Position numbers and translations under genes: made by a program | In this document: positions 50,701 through 62,200 of the stretch, in pieces | How the letters are laid out: the number at the start of each line of letters is the position of its first letter | Position numbering within the stretch: the stretch's first letter is position 1 | Assembly: GCF_037042905.1 (NCBI RefSeq) | Contig: NC_087248.1 | Location: forward strand, 20,956,001 to 21,020,000 | Reading direction: 5' to 3' | Source of the DNA: Lytechinus pictus | Taxonomy: Eukaryota | Length of the DNA: 64,000 nucleotides | The notes under the pieces: generated by a model | What the model was told of the DNA's origin: nothing | Seen by the model: only the letters and a program-made list of their open reading frames with translations | The model's database searches: none

Positions 50701-53174
50701 TGACAAATTATGTGTCGTTCTTTTTTCTCACCAGTCAAGAAAATTCAATTTATGATGGCATGTAGAACTAAATAGTTGAGAGAAGTCATGCCTCAACAGA
50801 ATGGAATATTCTCTTTGGAAAAACTCAACTACTCTCTCTGGCCTAACCTTCTATTTTTGTTTGGTGTTACCACCGTTACATGGACATCATGTCTCTGTAA
50901 CAGAGGTATAATTTGAAGCATTGTAAGTTAAGATCCATTAATGGTCATTACATACCAAATTACCCTTTCTGCCTTAGAATATTTGCACAAGTTCAATTGA
51001 TTACACTAGAAGAAAAACATTTTGCATGTCAAATTCTTTGCAAGTAAAAGCACTTTAAATTAGAGTTTAAACAAGGAAAAATGTACAAAATTATTCAATA
51101 TTGACATTTAAAATCATACTAATCCTCAAGGTTCCACTTCCGTCTGTCTCTGGAAACATTTATGTTTCTTTCTAAAGGGGAAAAAACGAAACAGTGCTAT
51201 CTTACGATCTCCAAATCTTTTATTACTATGAAATATCTCCTTCAAGATATTACTTTCAAATGTAGATACCTCTGTTACACGGACATCATGTCCTTGTAAT
51301 GGTCATATTGAATAGCATTACTTGAATATTTGACATATTTTTCTAGTATCAACACACTAAATGCAAGTTAACTCATCTTACTCAAGTGTAGAAATACAAC
51401 ATCTACAAGCAAGCTTCTGTAATTCATATCAATGAACAGGTAAAATGTTTTTTTTATTCATACACAATTATAACATTTTTTGATACCTTTGATACAATAT
51501 TCAGGTAAAAAATATGTAGGGAAAAGGTACTAGTTTAGTTCTTCTAAGCTATGGTTTTTCAAGACAAAACAAGACAAAGTTGGCATAGACAGGGACAACG
51601 CATTTATACCTTACACATATAAACTTGTTCAATTTGTTAGCTCTAATTTGTTTTACCTCAGTTACATGGACATCATGTCCTCAAAATGGTAGTGTAGAAG
51701 TGACATTAATTAAAATATAATCATGTCATCACTGGAACTTACATACATTAGATAAAACATTAAGTTTCAACATGCGAAAAGGACAATTGTAAAGTACTTA
51801 GTGGACAAATTAAATTTAAAAAACTCACCACCTTTATATCTTCTGTTTTTTAACAGAGTTGTAAGCAAGAAAGTAAAATGTACTAAGCTATTCTAATGTT
51901 CAAAAATAAAACTGCAAGAACTCTTCAGTAAACTTCTTACTGGCAAATGCAAAAAAATGTATTACACTGTACACTAAACCTGACTATTAAAATTAACATG
52001 CAATATTTCTCTCTTCATTCAGGTTACAAGTTTATGAACTTCAAGAAGACTGGTGACCCAATAAGAAAGTTTGGAAGAGGATTCTGTCAATGTCACAAAG
52101 TGGATGGAGGTAGAATTGTGCCTCGCCATCAGGCCAGGAGTACAGGTCACCAGATTGACACTTCATGTACTGAAGATATACATTTTCACCTTGAACAGAG
52201 GCTACCTGTAGTTGAGAAAAATAGTATTTGGAAGTTTGACTATATTTTTTAAGCAATAAGCAAATATTTTTTATATTATATCAAATCATTTAGTTATTTA
52301 TGTCTTGACATTTTCTCATTAAAGGGGGTGGATTACTAGGGACAATGAATCTGATCTGTTCTTGCAAAATACACAGGAACCTTCACTTTGTATTTTTTCA
52401 TAGCAAATAGAATTCATCATTTCATAGTTCATAAATTAAATATAAAGTTACGTTTTATAGAAGGTTTTTGTATTTGTGTTGTTGTGTTCTACTTTGTTTT
52501 CACAATACAATTACTTGCCCATTACCTTTTCATAAATTATCTGTACTTCAATTTCATTTCTCAATGGATTAATTTAATCTAATTCTATTCTGCATTCTAA
52601 TCAAGGGTGGTTATCTAGACAATTCCATTTAGTTTTTTATGACCATCTTATTTAATTTTCATCGCTGAAGTTTAATTGTTCAAGCAATTACATAATATAT
52701 GTATGTTCTATTGGAATTAAATGAATTAATGGAATTCAAATCTGCAATTTACCTTCTGATACAGCAAATAAACTCTTGTGAAAAAAACTTGATTGTGTCA
52801 CATTTTCTTTTGTTCACTTGTACATGTTTTAAAAATCTCATTATATTGCAATAAAAAAAAATCACATTGAAAACAATCACACAGTTTTGCTTTCTGATAA
52901 AACGAACCCCCCCCCCTTCTCCTTACAATTTAATATATAGACATCAAAATACAAAATATTGAAAAAATATTGAGAGAAAAAAAGAATGTGCTGAAAAGTA
53001 TAACATTCAACAAGATGAAAAGTTTTGGGAAGGTTAGGCCTACAGCCAAGAATGACTAGTAATTGGATTATGGCCATGCTTCATCATACACAAAGCACAT
53101 GTACTATGTGTAGGGGGTAGTAACAGAAAAATTATTTTGCCCCCCCCCCCCCTTTCGGATTGGGATCAGCTGAC

Positions 53175-53227
<53 letters not shown>

Positions 53228-56200
53228 GGGGGGGGGGCCTGCCTCCCCCGTGGCGCTGCCACTGGTTCTAAACTCTCATTTTTGGGGGGAAATTCAAATT
53301 TGATCATCAGGTCTTTGATACCCATATTACGTAGAATCAGTAGGAGCCAATTTAAACAAGGCGAGAAAGCCGCGAGATTTTGTACCAAATCTGAGATGTC
53401 AGCATGATCATCAGCGGTTTTGAGTATCCATTGGCCTATTGAAATAACATATTTCGGTGTTTAAAAAAATCAACTAAATTGCGATTGAATCATGTCAGCT
53501 AACATTCAAAACATGTTTGCATGGAATCACAGTAATAAAAACATTATTTCTTTGGGGCCGTTTAGCAAATCTGGAACAAACACGGCGATGTCTCAATCAC
53601 ATATTTCACTTACACGAAAAGATACATGTGGGACTGTAGTAAAAGATTATGGAAAATTAGCGAGATTTTTCAAACTTAAAAACACTTTCTGCATGATAAT
53701 ATAGTTTCACATTTTTAAGATAAGGTTTAACTGATTTAAAAATACGAGTATCGGGATAAATCTCCGTACTTACGTCGCTTTGAAAGGGAAAACATCGTGG
53801 AGATCCAATCCACCGTTACACGGACATTGCAGGAAGATTCCCAATTGCAATGCTGCAAAACACCCGATATCATAGCCGTTCATGTGCACGTGGATTTCGG
53901 CTAACATCCCGTCCGTCTGATACAACGACGGTCTCTTCTCCGGTCTCTCCTTTATACATACGCGATGAAATGTGATCCACCGTTACAAATTTGGCCCGGA
54001 CATCGCCCAAAACATCGGCGAACTTCGATTAATTTACATGACATTAACATTGGTTTTCAAAGCTAATCTTTTGATGAAAAGTTGCTTACTGCCTGCCCTT
54101 TATTTCTGACACATAACTTTGGAAAGAATGATTTCTGACTTTTAGTTATTTACCACTTTACCGCCGTTACAGAAAAAAATAAACGCGGACATCGCATGTA
54201 ACGGTGGTATGCGATGTTGTAGGAATGATTTATGATATGAAGCCTCTTTTCATTTGCTATCCCATTACTGTTTTGTTATTAAACAAATGTTGCTTTATCA
54301 ATCATGGCCATTTGAATTTGACTAAGTTTATCTTTTAATTAGATATCTTCAACTGAAAATTACCATTTTGGATGTCACACTTGGTACCCAAAAAAAGAGT
54401 CTGGACATCATCATTTAAAGTCTCACCATCAAAAATACTTGAGGTTCAACATTTTTATTTCTGCATCAAGTAATTGCTTACATAACTGCCTTCCAACAAA
54501 ACCACATTGCAACATCCAAACGCCAAACACATTTTCAGGATAAAGCCAACAATTCATAGGGAACACAAAAAAGTGCTGTTGCCCCAACCCCGTGGAATGA
54601 CCCATATGATAAACATGTCAGTATTATTTCCAACCATTTTCTATCAAATTTAGAATTGTATACCAGATAACTAACTTAGCTGTAAAATAGATTTAGATTT
54701 AATTCTTGTTACTGTCATGTTGTTATTTCTATTATTTTTATTTTTTCTTTTCTTTTGCATTTGTTTAGGGTGAGACTGATGAGAAGAAAGACAAGAAGCC
54801 TGGCTCTGCGGGTAAGGATGGAAGTGGGCGTGGCAGCCGGAAGGGGGATAAAGACAAGAAAGAGGCGGCACCTGCTGAACCCCAGGAGGAGGCCCCGCCC
54901 GAAACCCCCAAGGAACCGGAGAGAGTTTACCCGGTGAGTTTTGAAATCGAAATGTAGCCAAATGGAGGGAGGTAGAATAAATTGAATGTTATATTGTTAA
55001 TATGTCATCATAAGCCAAGGCCTTGAAATATTTTGCAATTAATGTATCTTGTGGACGTACCCGTAGGTCCCATGACGAAAACCTTTCATTTGAAAACACT
55101 ATACCCCAGTTTCCCTCAATCAATTCTCTTCTCCAAGTACGACAAACCATAACTGCCCCAAGCAAGCAATTTAAGTATCAAAACACCTGTTTCTTGACCT
55201 CGGTCCGAAGATAACACAACAGCCCGAGCAAAGCATGCCGTCATTTTAATTCACTTACTTTCCTTATTTCGAGGTCGATTTTCTTCGTTCGAACTTGAAA
55301 ATGGACTAACATTGGATTTCTGAATACAATATGCATTTGAAAACGTGATTAAATATCGAATACAATAATTTCATTCCGAAGGTCCTACTACAGGCAGAGA
55401 AGTCTTACGTAATAGCACAGCTGTTGTTTATCATTTCGTCCTTGGCTCAACGCTCATAATCTGGCCTGTGGAGGTAAAATTGAGACAGCGGGGATTACCT
55501 GGCCTAGCGGGATTGATCAGGCGGGTGTTTCATAAAGCTGTTCGTAAATAAAGAGCGACTGGTGATCCTGTCTTGCGGTAAATGGTACACACCATTGGCG
55601 AAGATCTAGCGCGCGAGAAAGGATCACCAGTCGTTCTTAAAGTCGCTCTTAACTTACGAGCAGCTTTATGAAACGGCCCCCTGGGCTTGGAAATGATTTT
55701 GGGATTTACAAACGCAAAATGGGGTATAGAACCGCAGTTTGCAATCTGAACTGCGGTCTTTCTCCAAACGGGGGTTTGACGTAATGCTACATATTTTCAT
55801 ATGCTCATATATTATCATGACATGGAATGAACTTAGAGTACTCAAATTCTTGCTTTAATATATTATGTGAACAAGTTTTCACCAATAATACAGGTCTCTT
55901 GTTTGGTAGAATGTATTTGCTTTTTATTTTCTGAAAATTATTGTATATTCTTTCTTTTTATCATCAGTTTGTTGGATATGACATGGGTAACAGCATTATT
56001 CAAGCTAATGGTAACACAACCACCCTGTTTCCAACTGATGGGGGTCAGATCCGCACTGAGCATACACAGTTTATTAACGGTAAGTTGTAAAGTTCATCCT
56101 ATATTCGCTTGAACTGTATCAGGCAGACTTGATTTGAGAATCAACATGAATGAGGCTTTTACAGACACCTGTTTTGCAAGTCATGGTTTGCTTTCCAATA

Positions 56201-59200
56201 TTTATATGCCATGTTAGGAAGAATATTGTAAAGTGTAGTAGGTTTCACGGTACACCATGTATTCTTTCTTGGGCATATGTTGGTCCTGAAAAGGACCACC
56301 CAATCTCGACGTTTCGACAAGTGTGTTCTTGTCGTCCTCAGGAGAATGAGCAAAGTTTGTAAAAGCAGGCCTTATATACTCTGTCGAAGTGCCGTATGCA
56401 CGGTATCTCGCAGGGTACATGTCTCTGATTGGCTAGATAGGTCACATGACATCCACATATGCGGACGTGGGTGACAACACACAAATTGGGCGCGCAAAAC
56501 CAGCGACGACCGGAAATTGCTGTCAGTTATCATTCCCGCTAGGATTAGCATGAATGACAAAAGTCACCACTTCCGCCCATACACTGCAGTGCTCACACGT
56601 GTGTGGAACGTCCGGGTAGGCTAATTAGGCAAATTAGCCTCTTTGTCTAGAACGGTAAGCCAGATATTGCTGAGTTGGAGGCCGCTGTCTTGAGGAACAG
56701 TGTTATGTTCCTCAATCTCCAACGCTTCTCTGACTCTCCGTTGATACCAGTAGGGGACACGGGTGACTAGTCTACTCTCATCCCAAAGAATCCGGTGATC
56801 ATGCGTATGGGCATGATCGATGATTGCAGATTTTTCCCTCTCGTCTCTCCTACCATGGGCCTTGTGTTCCTTAATCCGAGTGTTGAAGGAACGACCCGTC
56901 TCTCCGATGTAAACTTTACCGCATTCACAAGGAATTCGGTAAACTCCAGGGAGGTCCTTGGAGTTGCGCTTGTCCTTATGTGTAGTGAGGGCAGATTGAA
57001 GCTTATTTGAGGAACTATGACGAACCTCAATGTCGGCTTCTCTCAAAATCCTCTGAATTTTGTGAGAGGCTGCTCCCAGATATGGAAGAACGACTCTCGC
57101 CTTGGGTTGTCCTGCACGAGGGTTTCGCGAGGGGGGAAGCTCAGTGCAGATCTTATGTGAGGGGTAGTTGTTACATTTCAAAACACGTTTGATATGCTCA
57201 AGCTCACCTCTCAGGTGGATCTGGTCACTAACCTCATGCGCTCGTTTGACTAACGTCTTGTTGATGGATCTCAGCACTGATGGGTGGTGGAATGAACGAT
57301 AGTTCAAGTACCGATCAGTGTGAGTAGGTTTCCGATAAACCTGATGGGATAGGGATCCCTGTGCCGTCCTCGTAATCTTTGTATCAAGAAAGGGGATAGA
57401 CCCCTCATTCTCCATTTCCATGGTGAACTTGATACACTCGTGTTGAGAGTTGAGGTGCTGTAAGAAATTGCTAGTTTCCTCAGCACCGTGTTGCCAAACC
57501 ACAAAAGTGTCGTCCACATATCTAAGCCACACTTTGGGTTTGTGGGTTGCTGACTGGAGAGCCGTCTCCTCGAAATGTTCCATGAACATGTTGGCTACCA
57601 CTGGGGACAGGGGAGACCCCATGGCAGCCCCTTCCGTTTGCCTGTAGAATGTGTCTCTCCATCTGAAAGAGGTGGAATTGAGGCACATCTCAAGCAGGTC
57701 ATGGATCTCTAGAGGAGACAACTGTGTCCTGTCAGGGAGAGTTCTGTCAAATTTCAATCTCTCAAGGATGATGGCGCAAGCATCCTTAACTGGTACACTT
57801 GTGAACAATGACTCAACATCAAAGCTGATGAGGAGGTCATTGTTAGAGACGTTCATCTGACAGATCTGCTCAACGAAATGTTTAGAGTTTCTCACGTGAT
57901 GCACGCCCTGACCAACAAGAGGCTGTAAGATGTAAGTCAAATGCTGAGCCAGTGCGTACGTGGGAGATCCTCTAGTAGACACAATAGGTCTGAGTGGAGT
58001 GTCTGGTTTATGAATCTTCGGTTGCCCAAAGATTATGGGACATAGACCAGACGAGCTCCGGAGTTGTCGGTAAATGGGTCTAGACAAGACATCCTTCCTC
58101 TGGAGAGAGAGGAGCTTATCATTAACCCTAAGAATATTGTAGTAAAAATACACTCTATTGAGCTACTCTTAAGGTGACCAAACACTCAAAATGTGGCAAA
58201 ATGTGCCACGTCGGAGTTGAACATTTGTGTTTTGATCCATTCATAGAGCACTTCATTTATTTCTTGTCATTTTGGTGATTACCAGAAGGTTATAAAACAT
58301 GCATTTAATGGTTTGTTGCATTATAATTGACAAATCCAATTATCTTGAAACGGTTTCTTCCACACCAGATGATTTCTTTAAAATGGAAATGAACGTGAAA
58401 TAAATTAATATTTCAAATAAATACTTGTCACAAATGAGTAAATGAACAGAACTGAAAACAACGTGGAGTACCGTATTCCAGGAAACAAAATGAGGATTTT
58501 ATAAGCACCTCCTTTCCTAATCATGGTTGACTTGCTAATTTTTTCATACCGTTCAGAAAGAGTATTGTAGTTAAACTGCACTCTATTGGGCTTCTCTTTA
58601 GTTGAACAAAATATTCAAAATGGGACAAAATATATCTGAATTGTTTGGGCAAAACATTTGAGTTTTGACCCATTCATTCAGAACTGCATTTTTTCTGTCA
58701 CTTTGGTGATTACCTTGCATTTAATGTTTCTTTGCATTACAATTGACGAATCAAATTATTTTGAAACAGTTTCTTCCACACTTAAGTCTCAAACGAGATG
58801 ATTTCTATAAAATGGAAATGAACATGAATTAAATTGATATTTCAAATTATTACTTGTCACAAATGAGTAAATGAAAACAATGAGGAGTACCGTATTTCAT
58901 GAAACAAAATGAGGCTTTTACATTTTCTAAATCATGGTTGACTTTCTAATTTTTCCATACCGTTCAGAAAGAATATTGTAGTAAAACTACACTCTCTTGG
59001 GCTTCTCTTTAGTGGACCACATATTCAAAATGTGACAAAATATATCTTTTGATCAATTCATACAGCACTGCAATATATTATTTCTTGTTTTTTGGTGATT
59101 ACCAAAAGGCTTTAAAACATGCAATGTTTCTTTGCATTATAATCAACAATTCCAATTATTTTGAAACAGTTTCTTCCAAACTTTAATCTCAAACCAGATG

Positions 59201-62200
59201 ATTTTTTAATCAAAATGAAATGAAATAAATTAATGTTTCAAATAAATCCTTGTCACCTTGTCGCAAATGAGTATAAAGTGAACGTAACTGAAAACAATGG
59301 GGAGTATTTCATGAAACAAATGACCAGTGATTTCCACCGATTTCTGTAATAAGCTGCTGAAATCCTTGCATCTGATTGGCTCAGAACAAATTAATCAATG
59401 AAATTCACTGACATTTTGCTTCATGATGAAACACATCCCACATGTTCTGTGTTCATGTACATATTTGTATATTCACACCTGTTCAGGCGCCAAGTCGGTG
59501 AAGACGTCCGTTCTAAAGGATGGCCACGTGTTCGTCGTCCACCTCCTAGATCCGCGTGACAAGGAGGAGGTGGAAGGGGGCGGGGTAGAGGAGAAATCCC
59601 CCCAGGAGACTGGAGGAGAGAGTAACAAGGAGAATGTGACGGAGAAAGCCGATGAGGAGACGCAGGAGAAAGATGAAAAGGCTGACGATGGTAAGACCTG
59701 AAAACAAAGATATGCCATCCGTTGATTTTTGTAGTATGTTTTGTTGTTGATTTTTTGCAAGAAACCTCTGCAGGTTTCATTGGAATTACTGTTTTCCAAA
59801 TGGTAATACTATATATTTATTATTGCATGATAGGGGGAAAAACATCACATAAAAAAAAAAGCCAGGCCAAGGCAGGTCTATTTCACAAAGAGATACATCT
59901 ATGGGTACTTTGCCATTATAGCAACTACCATGGTAACAGGGCTCAGCAGCTAATCACAATCAAGATTTCCATGGTTATTAAGTAATGACAAAGTTACCAT
60001 ACATGTAGCTTTAAGTCTTCATAAAACGGCTCCCTGGACTGCTTGACCCCTTTAACCCACTTTAACCCACCTTATTTCCTCCCCTACTTACTTACTGCCT
60101 GTTATGCCTCCTGGCATGTAGGGCAGCAACAAAGGATCTCCACTCCTGGCGGTTCTGGGCCTTCTTCCGGACACTCCCCCAGGTCATGTTCATTGACTTC
60201 ATCTCCTCCTCAACAGTGAGACATGGTCTTACAAAGAATTATGATTGATTCAATCAATCGTGACTCTATGGAAATCCATCAGTGTCATAATTTTTTCTAC
60301 AGGAAATTTTCAAAATGTCCTTTTTAAACAAAGGAGAACACACAAAATTGTCAAAAAATCAATTAATTTATGGATATACATTCACATCTAGATTTTTTTT
60401 TTAAACGAACATGCATTTTATATGTTGACTTTGCTGGCTTTCCATAGTTGTGATTGATTGGATCAATTGCAACTCTTTGTAAGACGGAGCCCAGGTGGTT
60501 TGGGTCTCCCTCTCTTTCTTCTTCCTTCTGGTGTCCAATGCAAGGCTACTCTTGAAATGCTGTCCTTCTCTCCTCTCTTTTCCTCCCCTGGCGTCCTGCA
60601 AATTAATGATGCCAAGTTTATTACATCCTTGTTTTAATCGACAGAAGGAAAGAAAAAGAAGAAAGACCTGCCCCTCTCCAGCTTTGGCTCCTTCACTGCG
60701 AACCTGAATGATGGGATGGTTCTCTCGTTCAGTAATCATGGCATCGAGGGAAAGACCAAGAAAGCAGGTAGGATAACGAAACTACAATGGCCCGAATTCA
60801 CAAAGGTGGTTTTGAAAACCCACGGTTGAATCCATGGTTTATGCAGATTTCCTGTATAAATTACGCTTAATTTAGCGCGTATTGGGCGCCTGTATAAAAC
60901 ATGTCCAATGCTGATGCGCGCTTTTGTCACAGTGCGCCAAGATGACGCCTGATACCATAGTAAGATACCCTATTTTATTCATGAGTCCACTGTTTGAAGA
61001 GTGGACTCATGAATAAAATAGCGTGGATAACCACGACAACAGGCGTCGATTTGGCGCACTGTGATAAAAGCGTGCATCAGCATTGGACATTTTTTAATAT
61101 ACGCAGTAAATAAGCATAATTTATACAGAAAATCTGCATAAACCATGGACTCAATCGTGGGTTTTCAAAACCACCTTTGTAAATTCGAGCCATAGTGATC
61201 ATGAATTGGTAAAGGTCAAAACCAAACATCATTTTTCCAATTTGCAGGATATAAGCCTGGGGCCTGTTGCATAAAATTTTTGCCATTAAAAAAAACTCTG
61301 GCAAACAAAATAATGCAATTAAATAAATAATAAATAAATAATGAATAATATAGGATTTGTATATTGCACGTATCCACCTTGCTAGGTGCTCAAGGTGCTC
61401 CTATATTACTCCGGCTAAGCTAGTCTACCGATTCTGGTGCGCACAGCTTTTTGAGGAATTACTTCCTGCCGGTACCCATTTACCTCACCTGGGTCGAGTG
61501 CAGCGCAGCACAGTGTGGATAAATTTCTTGCTGAAGAAAAACACGCCATTGACAATAACACATTGCAAAACTCTGGCCGAAAAAACTGCCAAAGTTTTTC
61601 TTTTATGCAACAGGTGATTCGCAGTGAACAAAGCTATGCAAACTGGACAAAATTTACTGTTTTGTGGCAATTTGTAGAATTCTAAATGAACAAAATTCAA
61701 CTTTTTTCAAAAGGGCTACAAAACAGCTCTGAAAATTGGACTGAATATGGCTATACAATGACAAGTTGCCCGCTGTGGTTATGTTTAACATAATTTCTAT
61801 TTGTGACCTGCCACCCCAAAACCAACAATAAATCGACCAAAATGAATATTGAGATTTTTATTGAGCTTGAAAATTCACTTCCTAAGCTTGTCTTTCCGTT
61901 GATGCCCACAATCAAAGTGTTGATTATTATGGCAAAGTTGAAGCTTTACAACGATATATAATATGTTAAAATTGACCAATACTAATCATTACGAGTACTT
62001 GATTGAATGTACAGGAAATTCATCAAGAGCTTAAAAAATAAGGAGAAAACAAGGTTTGAAGTTTGGGCTTCACTCAAGCATGAGATGTGCATACTGTGTA
62101 ATTTCAGTGAAACTTCCAAGCAGTCTGAAAAAGTAGTGTCCAAGAAACTCTCATATCTTTTCTTCATGACTTCAAATTTTCACAGTATGAAGAAGAAGAA

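Larger units (their letters stand above)
56231..58129 (-). mobile_element. Penelope-like retroelement, 5'-truncated, in SPAG17 intron 18
   Basis: Uninterrupted RT ([24 protein letters not shown]) plus GIY-YIG endonuclease ([19 protein letters not shown]); flanked by direct repeat AAGAATATTGTA at 56219-56230 and 58130-58141. Confidence 0.93.

Noticed and set aside
51947-52252. Transposase remnant inside the 4.7-kb TIR element
   Set aside because: No recognisable DDE or DNA-binding motif; too short to call
58130-58153. Start codon of the PLE ORF
   Set aside because: Lies in the TSD/host flank; the element is 5'-truncated
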